This document shows, one piece after another, positions 1 through 9,948 of a DNA stretch of 64,000 nt. Positions within the stretch are counted from its first letter, which is position 1. Each line of letters begins with the position of its first letter. The stretch lies in IMG/VR virus record IMGVR_UViG_3300033146_000244, positions 20,569-84,568 of that record, one strand, 5' to 3'. The position numbers and the translations under genes are program-made. The notes beneath the pieces were generated by a model. It was not told where the DNA came from, made no database searches, and saw only the letters and a list, made by a program, of their open reading frames with translations. Source of the stretch: a virus.

Positions 1-1847
1 AATATGGCTTTGAGAATGACCCTGATGCCCTTGTGGCACGTGCAGAGTTAAATGTAATAAATAAGAAGATAGCGGAGGATACTGCTAAAATAGAGCCTTT
101 AAAAGTAAAGAAAGATAAAGTAAAAGAAAATAAAAGTACTGACTTGTTTGGTATATTAAAAGCATTTGCTGTTATGGCTATATCGTATGAACAGAGTGCT
201 GAAGTAGAAGATAGTGTATTACTAGCTAAGAGGGTAATGGACAATATAACACAGTATAAAGACCATAAAGGAGATTTGATAGAAGATGCTGACGGAGCAA
301 AGAATATAAAAGCATTAGCTGAGTATACTATCAATAGTAGCTTATATGGCGAAACAAGGGTAGATAGAAAGACTACTAATATAGATGTAGTACTTAGCAA
401 AGACGATAGAGTAGTTGCTAAAGCTGTAAAGAAGATAAAAATACAAGCATACGAAGATGAGGCTAATGGTATAATAACATCAAAGGAACGTCATAAAATA
501 GTAGTAGAGCAGGACGCTAGGTACGAAGCACTTAATAAAGCTAAGTTAAGTTGGAGTAAAGTACTAGATTGGGTGTTAGCTTACACACAGTTAAAAGGAT
601 TAGGTTATAATCCCATATCGTCTTCTGTGAACCTAGTATATGGGTTAATAATGAATCAGATGTATGCAGCATCACAGACAGATACGACACATAAGGATAT
701 GATGTGGGCATTTAAGATAATGTGGGGTGCAGCATTCGGTCAAGCTACCGGAAAGAAGATAGGAGAAGCTAAAAAGATAGATAATCTTATAAATAAGACA
801 AACATATTATTTGAGGTGAATGAAGCTGCTTATGGAACTAAGAACAGTATAAGTGATAAGCTAAAAAAGTTAGGCTTCTTAATACCATTTGAAATGCAGA
901 AACGTGGTGAGTATATCATACAAGGAATGATGATGGTAGCATTAATGCGTACTAAAAAAGTTACTATAGGTATTAGTGAAGTATCACTATATGACTGTTA
1001 TACAGAAGAAGGTGTATGGGATACGGAGAAGTATGGAGCAGAGCCCTCAGAGTGGTCTGATGATATAAGTGCTAAGGATAGTAATGAATATACAAGGTTT
1101 AGAGATATGATGATTCAAACTATCAAGAGAGTGCACGGTAACTACGACCCGACGTCATTCTTAGAGGGTAAATCTACATCTATCGGTAGAATGGCATTTC
1201 AATATAAGAGTTGGGTACCAGAGGGTGTATTAACTAGATTTGAGGATGCGCATGATGAAGAACAAATGGGTAGAGTAGTGAAGGGTAGATATGTTACTTA
1301 TAAGGATATAAAACTAAAGAATGCCTTTAGTATAATGCTTAATCCTATGTACCTCTTAGGATTAAAGAAGGTTGAACTTAATGGGTTCGGTAATATAAAG
1401 AGTGAGGTAGATTTGCAGAACATGAGATATAACATAGCAGAAGCTCGTTGGATAATGGTAGCAATAACTGTTAATTTACTAGCAGCATTAGCATACGCAG
1501 TTGGAGATGATGACGATGATGAAGTACGTGGTATAAAATCAATGATTAACACAATGGGTAGATTACAGAGTGACCTTACATTTTATATGAACCCACTAAC
1601 TATAGTAGATATAGCTAAAAATCCTTTTCCTGTGCTACAAACGTTTAGTGATGTACATAAAGCTATAGTAACCATCCGTAAAACAGCTTTTAGTGATAGT
1701 GACTATTATAGCACATCGCACTTGCTTAAAAGTATAGCTAAGCCACTGCCACTCGTTGGCAACATTGCATCTGTGCTTAATTCAGATAGTAGAATATATG
1801 CAAATGAACCAGTTAAGATATTTAAGGGCATGCTAGAAGAGGAGTAA
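1..1847 (+). CDS. C-terminal part of a giant crAss-like virion cargo / RNA-polymerase-module protein (5' truncated by the window)
   Basis: The frame is open upstream of the GTG at 33 to the window edge (YGFENDPDALVAR...). It contains the HGNY...GRMAFQYKSW.P motif and a C-terminal hydrophobic helix followed by DDDDDE, typical of the last large virion protein of crAss-like phages. Confidence 0.65.
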   Translation, partial: YGFENDPDALVARAELNVINKKIAEDTAKIEPLKVKKDKVKENKSTDLFGILKAFAVMAISYEQSAEVEDSVLLAKRVMDNITQYKDHKGDLIEDADGAKNIKALAEYTINSSLYGETRVDRKTTNIDVVLSKDDRVVAKAVKKIKIQAYEDEANGIITSKERHKIVVEQDARYEALNKAKLSWSKVLDWVLAYTQLKGLGYNPISSSVNLVYGLIMNQMYAASQTDTTHKDMMWAFKIMWGAAFGQATGKKIGEAKKIDNLINKTNILFEVNEAAYGTKNSISDKLKKLGFLIPFEMQKRGEYIIQGMMMVALMRTKKVTIGISEVSLYDCYTEEGVWDTEKYGAEPSEWSDDISAKDSNEYTRFRDMMIQTIKRVHGNYDPTSFLEGKSTSIGRMAFQYKSWVPEGVLTRFEDAHDEEQMGRVVKGRYVTYKDIKLKNAFSIMLNPMYLLGLKKVELNGFGNIKSEVDLQNMRYNIAEARWIMVAITVNLLAALAYAVGDDDDDEVRGIKSMINTMGRLQSDLTFYMNPLTIVDIAKNPFPVLQTFSDVHKAIVTIRKTAFSDSDYYSTSHLLKSIAKPLPLVGNIASVLNSDSRIYANEPVKIFKGMLEEE

Positions 1848-1878
1848 TATGTTACTACACAGCCTAGCGTAAATTTTT

Positions 1879-1912
1879 AAAAGAGAGCCTCATAGAAGAC
1901 TCTCTTTTTTTT
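1879..1912. terminator. Bidirectional intrinsic terminator between convergent late and replication blocks
   Basis: AAAAGAGAGCCT-catagaag-ACTCTCTTTTTTTT: stem flanked by A-run and T8, between convergent genes. Confidence 0.8.
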
Positions 1913-1914
1913 GT

Positions 1915-2166
1915 TTATATAGTAGAGTTTAAGAAGGCTAGTTGCTCCTCTGTGTAGCTACTATTGGTATACTTTATACCCCTATATTTCTTTTTGCTAT
2001 ACTGTCTATAGTCATACGGTAACATAACTACTGTGTATTCGTTTATATCTTTATAGACATCTACAACATTGCCCATTATATCAGCACCTATATCATCTTT
2101 ATTTCTTTTTCTATAATGTGCTGTGAATGCACCTGTCGGATTACCTAAGTCTTTACTCTTCTTCAT
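1915..2166 (-). CDS. Hypothetical protein
   Basis: 83-aa ORF, last gene of the minus-strand block, ending at the terminator. Confidence 0.6.
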   Translation of the reverse strand: MKKSKDLGNPTGAFTAHYRKRNKDDIGADIMGNVVDVYKDINEYTVVMLPYDYRQYSKKKYRGIKYTNSSYTEEQLAFLNSTI

Positions 2167-2323
2167 CTTTTTTCTTAGGTGGTACGACTACCTCTACCCG
2201 TTCTCCGTCTTTATAGAACTCTGGATTACCAGAGTACTCTTCCTTATCAGCTTCTATAAATTTTTTATCTCTTCCTTTTGGTGCTTCTTTAAACATGCTA
2301 CTAAGTTTTCTAAATATTTTCAT
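2153..2323 (-). CDS. Small hypothetical protein (MKIFRKLSSMFKEAPKG...), not in ORF track
   Basis: 56-codon ORF read by hand; fills the gap between dUTPase and 1915-2166. Confidence 0.5.
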   Translation of the reverse strand: MKIFRKLSSMFKEAPKGRDKKFIEADKEEYSGNPEFYKDGERVEVVVPPKKKDEEE

Positions 2324-2349
2324 CGTGTTTATGTTATTGGTTTACTCTA

Positions 2350-2886
2350 CTATCTACCTGAACTACCGTGACCGTTGTCTCCTCTTGCAGTTTCTTCTAA
2401 TTTGTCTACTTCTACCAACATTATATTTTCTACTTTCTTTATAGCGAATTGTGCTATCTTATCACCTATATTATATGAACCTATCACTATCTTACCAGCT
2501 ATCAACTTCTGTAACTTAATATGCTCCATTGGCTTTAATAGTGCCATTGTAATAGACCATTCTCCAGTATAGCCGCTATCTATTGTTCCTGGTGCGTTAG
2601 TCATCAGCATATCATACTTACGTATACTACTACGTGGTCTTACTACTGCTTCGTATCCTGTAGGTATCTGTGTTCTTATACCACAGTAGTAAACTATTCT
2701 TAGTTCTTTCGTATGCGTATAATATTTATCTATACTTCTGACGTATAAGTCGTAACAAGCATCATCCTCGTGTGCTTTTGTCGGTAGTTTACCCCCATCT
2801 AGTACGTTTATACTTATACCTAGTTGTGTACTTGTGGTTACTTCTTTTGCTACTTCTACTGATTTTATTGCTTTCTCTTTAGCCAT
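2350..2886 (-). CDS. dut: Trimeric dUTPase
   Basis: Motifs ACYDL, RPRSS, GTIDSGYTGE, KIAQ and RGDNGHGSSG. Likely start MAKEK at 2886. Confidence 0.95.
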   Translation of the reverse strand: MAKEKAIKSVEVAKEVTTSTQLGISINVLDGGKLPTKAHEDDACYDLYVRSIDKYYTHTKELRIVYYCGIRTQIPTGYEAVVRPRSSIRKYDMLMTNAPGTIDSGYTGEWSITMALLKPMEHIKLQKLIAGKIVIGSYNIGDKIAQFAIKKVENIMLVEVDKLEETARGDNGHGSSGR

Positions 2887-2896
2887 GTTATGATTT

Positions 2897-3400
2897 TTAT
2901 GGTAAGTACTCATTATTTGTATATACAATATCTTCTATAGCATTAAGCTCTTTTATAACATCGTATAGCACTAATTGTTCTTGTTCATCGTTATCTATTG
3001 TCAGTTCTTTTGCCAGCTGTTTCATTGACGTATCACTAGCTGTCAGTACTTGTTCTATTCTGTTTACATCGTCCTTATCTGCAAAAGATATTATTAGCTT
3101 CTTAGCCATAAGTGACATAGCAGAGTAAGACCCTAATACAAACTTGTCGTAGTCCGCCTTGAATCTATCTCTTACTTTAAAACATGCGTAGCTTTTACCG
3201 TCTATCGCAGTAGTTACTCCTATAAAACCTTCTACGCTATACAAGTTATCTGATGTATTAGTAACGTATACTAAGTAATGCGTTTGTTTATTGTCATCCT
3301 CTAGTGCTTCTCTACTAGGTAGTACCGCTACCATATCTTCTGTTTTTAACGACAGTGGTACTACTAAGGGTAATACGTAAGCCGTTGTTCTATTTACCAT
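2897..3400 (-). CDS. Conserved crAss-like hypothetical protein
   Basis: 167-aa ORF with DYDKFVLGSYSAMS motif, tightly packed in the operon. Confidence 0.65.
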   Translation of the reverse strand: MVNRTTAYVLPLVVPLSLKTEDMVAVLPSREALEDDNKQTHYLVYVTNTSDNLYSVEGFIGVTTAIDGKSYACFKVRDRFKADYDKFVLGSYSAMSLMAKKLIISFADKDDVNRIEQVLTASDTSMKQLAKELTIDNDEQEQLVLYDVIKELNAIEDIVYTNNEYLP

Positions 3401-4079
3401 AATGGAAATTTATCTGTTTGTACTGTATTTCTTGTTTAAAGTACATCAACTCTAGTGACCTCTTATAGAACCTCATTAATCCATCAGGTAATCCATATTT
3501 AGCTACGTACATTGTTTGAATTTCTATATTGGCATAACTACTAGTCATGTTTTCTAACGGCATATTCTTAATTACATTATCCGCTAAGTACATATATGTA
3601 TTCATATTAGCTCTATCACTGTTAATATACTCTAATTTAGCTTGTGTTATAGTGTTGTTAGAGTAGTGATAGCCTTGTAATATACGTAGTTTATTATCGT
3701 TATGTACTACTACAGGTATTGTATTTGTAGTAGGTCTATTTAATTTAGTGTTGCTTACGGGTATTCTGGATAGTACAGATTTTATAGCAGAAGGTACATC
3801 ATCTACTAAATACGCACCCCACCTATGCGTTGAACCGTCTTGTCTTTTGTACCCTCCTTTTAATAGTACTTTTTTTACTGCTTTAGCTTCTACATTATAG
3901 TAATTCAGTATCTCCTTATTGCTTACAAATATATAATATCCATCTGTAACTAGTAAGTTTTTTAAGAGCTTCAGTAGTTGTTCTTTAACAACTACTGCAA
4001 TACTCTTATCTTTTTCTGTACTAGCTTGTAATAGACTGTAATACTGTATAAGCATATCCCCGTCTATTATAGGTATCAC
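3390..4079 (-). CDS. Diverged 5'-3' exonuclease/flap endonuclease-like protein (T7 gp6-like)
   Basis: N-terminal IIDGD and a later VVV-x-D-x-x-L...GYHY pattern; several catalytic acids appear to be missing. Confidence 0.5.
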   Translation of the reverse strand: MIPIIDGDMLIQYYSLLQASTEKDKSIAVVVKEQLLKLLKNLLVTDGYYIFVSNKEILNYYNVEAKAVKKVLLKGGYKRQDGSTHRWGAYLVDDVPSAIKSVLSRIPVSNTKLNRPTTNTIPVVVHNDNKLRILQGYHYSNNTITQAKLEYINSDRANMNTYMYLADNVIKNMPLENMTSSYANIEIQTMYVAKYGLPDGLMRFYKRSLELMYFKQEIQYKQINFHYGK

Positions 4080-4471
4080 TATAGGGTATTGTAATATGTT
4101 ACTGTACTATCATAGCCTATACGAGTTATACTTTTTATAGTGTTAAGATTAACTTGTATCATACCGTCTGTTCCGTTGGCTTCTGCTTTATCTAAGTCAG
4201 TAGCTTGTAGATGTGTTGTCACACCTAAACCATCTAGTGTCCCTATAAAAGTACGCATACTACCATCTGCTTTCACGAACTCACACCCAATTATCTCACC
4301 AGTTGCTATAACGTCTCTTCGTAGTTTACTAAACTCTTTTTTATTCAACGACCTATTAGTGTACGCTGTATCTACTTTATTATGCAATGTTTTAAAAGGT
4401 ATCCTCCGCATATCCTTACTCACTACTCTTACTACCTCGCCTCCTACTAATTTTGTATTTAATGTGTACAT
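4079..4471 (-). CDS. SH3/WYL-like beta-barrel protein (DUF2693-like)
   Basis: CEFVKADGSMRTFIGTL matches the F-x-K-x-D-G-x-x-R-x-x-x-G-T pattern. Confidence 0.55.
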   Translation of the reverse strand: MYTLNTKLVGGEVVRVVSKDMRRIPFKTLHNKVDTAYTNRSLNKKEFSKLRRDVIATGEIIGCEFVKADGSMRTFIGTLDGLGVTTHLQATDLDKAEANGTDGMIQVNLNTIKSITRIGYDSTVTYYNTL

Positions 4472-4504
4472 AATATTGTTATTTAATGTTTATTATCTAT
4501 TCTA

Positions 4505-7288
4505 CTAACCACAACTACTATCTCCGCATGTATCACATATAGAGCAACCACCTTCGTATCTTATAGTACCACCGCATATAAGACAGTCTCCTTTTACGGT
4601 ATCATCTGCTATATAGTTGCTTAATACTCTCTTTACAGCTGTTGCAAATACACCTATAGGCAATTCTACCTTATCTATATCTCTTACTGCTTGTAGTACT
4701 GTTCCACCCATTCTAAACACTCTGCTAAGTAGCCTAGTCAGTACCTCCTCTTCACCATTCATATAGTGAGATGCTAAGTCTTCTAGCACCACGTAGTCAG
4801 TCTTTAAATCATATACCGTCTTTGTATCTTTACTTACATGTTTTACTATTTCTCCTTTGTTTACTAATAAATGAGTCTTTACATCTTTGAATGCAAATAT
4901 TTCATACACCTTATCTTTATGTAAACCAATTACTATCGTCCACAAGTTACTATTAATCCGCACACTATGTACATCGCAATTAAGTGTTTCTGGTCGTGCA
5001 GTCTCTACATTTACACTGGGGAGCGTAGCGTGTTTATGAACAACACCCATTCTGCAACCATCTCTGTACACAGTAAGTCCTTTCAAATTTGCTTTGTGTG
5101 CAGCTTTGTATATCTTTCCTATAGTCTTCTCTGTAGTATCATTCGGTAAGTTTATTGTACTGCTTATAGCACTATTTATATAACGCTGCATTGTCTTTTG
5201 TACTGCTATTCTATCTTGCCAGAGTATATCATGTGCTGTCTGTTTATACCAAGAGGATGACTTTATAATCTCTCCTATGTTTGTTATACCATTACCCAGT
5301 CCAGTAGCATTCAACCAGTCTACAAATGGTGGGTGCATTGTAGGCAGTGTCTGCCATTTATCCCCTACCTCATCTATGAAGTCATATTCTGCATCATCAA
5401 GTACCTTCACATTTCTAAAACCTTGTACACTATATAATGGTTCTGCTGCATTGCTTACACCTAATATAATACTACCAGTACCTACTGGTGCTATTGTACT
5501 TGTTTGTATGTTTCTTAATGCTTTCTCCGTAGATACATTGTTATCTATTCTGTAGTCCTTACTAAACATACTCTCTCCTCTTGTATTAGCTAAAGCATAG
5601 TTAGTCCTCTCTTCTGTTTTAGCCTTTATATCCATTATACTACTTATATAGCTCATATCACTGTACTTTAATCCTAAAGCAGCTTGTGTATCAGCTAGTC
5701 CTGTAATACCTATTCCAACTCTTCTCGTTTTTATTAGCTTTCTGCGTATATTAGTCCACAAATCAACTTCGTCCCTATCTATAGGTAGTAGTTTATTAAG
5801 TATTCTATCTATATGTTCTATCTCTACGTCCACAAGGGTATCAGCTATCTTATGATATATTTCACAGTCCTTTGTATATTCTACCGTGTCAAACTCAGCG
5901 TTTCTTGTAAATTTGTCTATCACGTAAGCATACAAGTTATGGTGCATCAATCCACAAGACTCATCTGGTGGTAAGGGTTGTTCTCCGCATTGCCCAGTTA
6001 CTATACCGTTAAAAGTGCCTTTATGTTTTAAAGGTTCTGTAAAACAAAATGTATCTTCATTGTCTACTTCTATTACAGTTATTTTTTTTACAACTGTCTG
6101 TATCACCTTATCAAGATTATCTAGGTAGTAAGGTTCTATAGTATCTCCTACCACTATATCTTTTGCTTGTACTTTTATATTACCAGCTAGATACCAGTTA
6201 TGTGCAGGGGTGCATTCTAACGAATAGCTGCGTGTAGGTACCGTTACTGATGGTGCTACATCTTCTGTGTCTATGCGTAACCACTTATTTGTTTTTCCAG
6301 TCCTCTCTATTTTAACAGTAGCCCATTGACTACCATTCCAAACGTCATGCCAGTTACCTACTTCATTTTCTATAAATAGGTCACCTACATGTGTAGTTAT
6401 ACGTGTATTACCTCTTACGCATGGATTAGTACTCACCTCCTCATACTCCTTACCGTATTTACCAGTACCGCCTCTAAGTATTGTATCCCAGAATAGTACA
6501 CCTGGTTCTGCACTTAACCAGTTATTGTGCACCAGCTTGTCCCATAGTTCTACAGCACGTATTACTTTAATATACATACCGTCTATTAAGCATAGTCCTT
6601 CTGTATACTTAGCTTCCCAACCTGCTGGTAATTTAGCATCTATAGGGAATGTTTGCACATACTGTGAGTCTGTTTCTACCGCTTCCATGAAATCATCACT
6701 CACTTTTACTGATATATTTGCTCCAGTAATCTTAGTTGTGTCCTTTTTAGCATCTATGAAGTCTCCTGCATCAGGATGCCTAACGTCTATACTCAACATC
6801 AACGCACCTCGTCTGCCGTCTTGTGCGACTCTGCGTGTGTCTTCACTATACTGTTCCATGAATGGTACTATGCCTGTAGATGTATTAGCTGCATTATTAA
6901 CTACAGCTCCTTTTGGTCTAATGTGCGATAAGTCGTGTCCTACACCACCTCTACGCTTCATAAGATTTACAGCATCTAAAGCTGTTCTGTATATACCATT
7001 ATAAGAGTCTGGTGTATTACCTATTACAAAGCAGTTACGTGTACTTACTAGCTTATCAGTACCAACACTTGCCATATAGCTACCACCTAGTATGAATTTA
7101 CCTTCATTAAATAGTCGTAGTATTGTTATCTTGTCTATACCGTCTGTGTAATTTTTCTCTTTATCCTTTTTTACAATAGCGTTTGCTATCCTTTCAAATG
7201 AGTCTTGTATTGTGACTTCTGCTCCTTGTAACCATTTCTGATTAAAGATGCTTCTACCAAACTCGTTATTTTTAAAGTATTCTCCCAT
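4505..7288 (-). CDS. nrdJ: Class II (adenosylcobalamin-dependent) ribonucleotide reductase with an intein
   Basis: NCFV, RRGGVG, QDGRRGALM, EPGVLF, STNP[intein]CGEQPL, RRVGIGITG, TIAPVGT, SSTINLP, KGLTVYRDG; C-terminal TSCPD-like domain and zinc ribbon; no beta-subunit gene nearby. Confidence 0.95.
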   Translation of the reverse strand: MGEYFKNNEFGRSIFNQKWLQGAEVTIQDSFERIANAIVKKDKEKNYTDGIDKITILRLFNEGKFILGGSYMASVGTDKLVSTRNCFVIGNTPDSYNGIYRTALDAVNLMKRRGGVGHDLSHIRPKGAVVNNAANTSTGIVPFMEQYSEDTRRVAQDGRRGALMLSIDVRHPDAGDFIDAKKDTTKITGANISVKVSDDFMEAVETDSQYVQTFPIDAKLPAGWEAKYTEGLCLIDGMYIKVIRAVELWDKLVHNNWLSAEPGVLFWDTILRGGTGKYGKEYEEVSTNPCVRGNTRITTHVGDLFIENEVGNWHDVWNGSQWATVKIERTGKTNKWLRIDTEDVAPSVTVPTRSYSLECTPAHNWYLAGNIKVQAKDIVVGDTIEPYYLDNLDKVIQTVVKKITVIEVDNEDTFCFTEPLKHKGTFNGIVTGQCGEQPLPPDESCGLMHHNLYAYVIDKFTRNAEFDTVEYTKDCEIYHKIADTLVDVEIEHIDRILNKLLPIDRDEVDLWTNIRRKLIKTRRVGIGITGLADTQAALGLKYSDMSYISSIMDIKAKTEERTNYALANTRGESMFSKDYRIDNNVSTEKALRNIQTSTIAPVGTGSIILGVSNAAEPLYSVQGFRNVKVLDDAEYDFIDEVGDKWQTLPTMHPPFVDWLNATGLGNGITNIGEIIKSSSWYKQTAHDILWQDRIAVQKTMQRYINSAISSTINLPNDTTEKTIGKIYKAAHKANLKGLTVYRDGCRMGVVHKHATLPSVNVETARPETLNCDVHSVRINSNLWTIVIGLHKDKVYEIFAFKDVKTHLLVNKGEIVKHVSKDTKTVYDLKTDYVVLEDLASHYMNGEEEVLTRLLSRVFRMGGTVLQAVRDIDKVELPIGVFATAVKRVLSNYIADDTVKGDCLICGGTIRYEGGCSICDTCGDSSCG
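5990..6421 (-). mobile_element. 144-aa mini-intein in the RNR active-site NP/C motif
   Basis: Starts CVRGNT, has block B CTPAH and block F TFCFTEP, ends GIVTGQ followed by extein Cys. Removing it restores NPCGEQPL. Confidence 0.92.
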
Positions 7289-7350
7289 GTATATATGTTT
7301 TTAGTGTAACGGTAGTAGCTAGTTTTATCTAGCTACTATATATATCAATA

Positions 7351-7653
7351 CTATTTAGTTAGTAAGTCTTTCTCGTTTTCTACTATACCTGGAATATGTA
7401 ATTGGTCTACTATAAGGCACTCTATACCGTTTATACTGATAGGCGGTGCTATAGCTACCATATGCCATACCAAAGCACCAACTACAATACCTGATTCAGT
7501 TACCTTGTTTCCTACTGCTAGTACCTTGCTAGTACGCATACTACTACTATCTGAAACAGTACTAAGTATAATACCTGACTTAGATGTTGTCGTCTTACTA
7601 GCTTCTAGTACTACATTACTACCCGTTGGAATGAAATTTAATTTTTTTGACAT
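7351..7653 (-). CDS. groES: GroES/Cpn10-like co-chaperonin
   Basis: FIPTGSNVVLE...TSKSGIIL...KVLAVG pattern, 100 aa. Confidence 0.8.
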   Translation of the reverse strand: MSKKLNFIPTGSNVVLEASKTTTSKSGIILSTVSDSSSMRTSKVLAVGNKVTESGIVVGALVWHMVAIAPPISINGIECLIVDQLHIPGIVENEKDLLTK

Positions 7654-7654
7654 C

Positions 7655-8179
7655 TTATATAGTGTTTAAATTGTGAAATGTATAACTTATTATGCTATTT
7701 ATATTAACTGGTCTGACGTTAGATGTATCAAATTCTCTCATCTGTAATTGCCCGTGTTTTTTAATATAGTCGCCATTAGCATTAACTACTAGCGTACCTA
7801 TCATAGAACGTCTATCTCCATGTGCTATTGCTTCTGCAAATGAAGTTTGATTATACTCTCCTGCCTTCATTTTAATAAATACTGCTTTACTATCAGGCTT
7901 TTTAAAGAATACTATCTGTACTAGCTTGTTTCTCATTGCTGGTAGCTCCATAGTAAACTGTTCTAATAATTTAGTCCTTGTACCAAACTGTGTAGCTTTA
8001 CCACGTATTTTATCTGATAAGTTATCACCATCTCTTTCTACAAGTCCTTTAGACATTTTAACTTCTGCTCCTCCTTCTCTTTTTGTAATAAACCGCTCTT
8101 TACCATTTACTACTTCAGTACCTACTATTTTAGTTACTTGCAATACTGTAATGTAATCACCTATTTTTATTTTATTCAC
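7655..8179 (-). CDS. Hypothetical protein with C-terminal SH3-like motif
   Basis: VQIVFFKK...GDRRSMIGTL...RPVNINSI resembles the pattern in 4079-4471. Confidence 0.55.
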   Translation of the reverse strand: MNKIKIGDYITVLQVTKIVGTEVVNGKERFITKREGGAEVKMSKGLVERDGDNLSDKIRGKATQFGTRTKLLEQFTMELPAMRNKLVQIVFFKKPDSKAVFIKMKAGEYNQTSFAEAIAHGDRRSMIGTLVVNANGDYIKKHGQLQMREFDTSNVRPVNINSIISYTFHNLNTI

Positions 8180-8231
8180 TGTGTCACTGTTTTATAATTT
8201 ATACCGTATTCTAAGTGTTGCTATTTATATA

Positions 8232-9197
8232 CTATATACCCATAAAGAACTCATCTGGTAAGTCCTCTCCTTTTGATGCTTGTTCTTCTCTTCTTGTTAT
8301 ACTGCCTATGACTTTATCAAATATAGATTCTATACCTGTATTAGTTAATGAGAACTCTACCATGTTTCCTTCTTTAATGCCAGCCAGTACTGTGTATGGT
8401 GTTGTTCCATCGTCGCCAGTCCACATAGTAGCATTTAGGCTGGGTGCTAGATACACTACATTTACATCACCCTCTTCTATCATCTTTTTTACATCTTTTG
8501 GTTTATAGTCAGTAAACTGACTTTCTTGCCCATCTGTAAAGCATATAACAGTTTTATTGTAGTCTGTAAGTTTTCTTAATTCTAAAGCACTCTCCATTAT
8601 ACCAGTACTTAGCGGTGTCCAGTATCCAATTTTATGCTTGTAACTACCGAGATTCTTTACTTCTACCATATCTTGTACTAAGGTTGTTTCATCTACTGGA
8701 TACCCATATGTTACTATACCTATTAAGGCATCTGGATTGGCTTCTCTTAAGCTATGTATGGTCTTATTAACTGCTCTTTCTATAGCCAGTCTTATACCAC
8801 CAGTAGATTGTGATTGGTCTATTGCTAGAATATACGCAGTCTTTGTAACACTTGTTGTAGCAGCAGTTACTGTATCAACAAATTCTTTATACGAAGTACG
8901 CATAGTCGGTGTTGGTTTTTTTATACCTATATTAGTAAAGAAGAGTTCTTCTGCCGCACCCATCTTATTAACAGTTGTTTTCACTTCTTCTGTTGCTTGT
9001 CTATTTTCTGCCAGTGCCCAAGTACCGTTAGTGCAAGCATACCCGTTATGTTTAATAAATTTTATCATCTCATTTGTTTGGTGCTTACTTATTTTACCAC
9101 CTTTTGTTAAGTATCCCCAATGTCTAGCTACCTTACCCATATATGCGTACCGATTTAACCCATCTACTATCCGTATTGCTCTTTGTTTGTCAGTCAT
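8232..9197 (-). CDS. von Willebrand factor A domain protein
   Basis: MIDAS elements ILAIDQSQS, WTPL and ICFTDG. Confidence 0.85.
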   Translation of the reverse strand: MTDKQRAIRIVDGLNRYAYMGKVARHWGYLTKGGKISKHQTNEMIKFIKHNGYACTNGTWALAENRQATEEVKTTVNKMGAAEELFFTNIGIKKPTPTMRTSYKEFVDTVTAATTSVTKTAYILAIDQSQSTGGIRLAIERAVNKTIHSLREANPDALIGIVTYGYPVDETTLVQDMVEVKNLGSYKHKIGYWTPLSTGIMESALELRKLTDYNKTVICFTDGQESQFTDYKPKDVKKMIEEGDVNVVYLAPSLNATMWTGDDGTTPYTVLAGIKEGNMVEFSLTNTGIESIFDKVIGSITRREEQASKGEDLPDEFFMGI

Positions 9198-9213
9198 GTT
9201 ATTTTAATTTTTT

Positions 9214-9948
9214 TTAGTGTATTCTAATGTTTATTACTTTATTTTTACTATACTTACATAGATTACATACTCTGCAATCACCTCCACAGTACGAAGTTCC
9301 TATGGCATCCTCTGGTTCTACTACAAGATTAAAGTTATTATTTAGCATAAAATTACTACCATTTATAGTAAGTCCCTTTGTTTTCATAGCAGTAGTCCAA
9401 TTCAAGTCTTTGCGGGCTGTATATATATACATTTGCACAGTACCGCTACTATCATCCAGTGTTTTTGTTAATAGCTTGCGTATTCTTACAAGTTTACTAA
9501 CGTCTTTTTGACTCTTTGCATCACCACTCTCGTTAAAGCGTATGAACTTTATAGACCCTTTGTATTTATTCAATATTGGTACTAAGTCATCTACAAACTC
9601 CTTTGCTGTATGGTTATCCCAATATAGCATCTGCTGTTCTCTATATCCAGGTACACACGACCAATACTGTACTTCTGCTTTCTTAGCATAGCATTTGTCA
9701 GCTACTACACATAGTCCCAGTTTTTCACTAGGGCATTTACTAGCTGGTGTCATGTTAAATATTAGCGTATCGTTACCTATTTTTCTGTTACCATTACTCA
9801 GTAATTCAGACAATGGTCTTTGCACACCTTGTATATCTCTTAATATAGAAGCAGCTCTACTAAGAGCTACATCGTATCTATCAGTACCTTTACTTGGTAA
9901 TAAGTTTTTTAGTTCCCCCCTTATTGAATAATATCTGCTTTTCTCCAT
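9214..9948 (-). CDS. Phage GP88-like (radical-SAM-like, Cys-rich) protein
   Basis: GNRKI...FNM...CP...C...CYAKK, IRFNESGD, YT and C-terminal CxxDCxxCxxC. Confidence 0.7.
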   Translation of the reverse strand: MEKSRYYSIRGELKNLLPSKGTDRYDVALSRAASILRDIQGVQRPLSELLSNGNRKIGNDTLIFNMTPASKCPSEKLGLCVVADKCYAKKAEVQYWSCVPGYREQQMLYWDNHTAKEFVDDLVPILNKYKGSIKFIRFNESGDAKSQKDVSKLVRIRKLLTKTLDDSSGTVQMYIYTARKDLNWTTAMKTKGLTINGSNFMLNNNFNLVVEPEDAIGTSYCGGDCRVCNLCKYSKNKVINIRIH

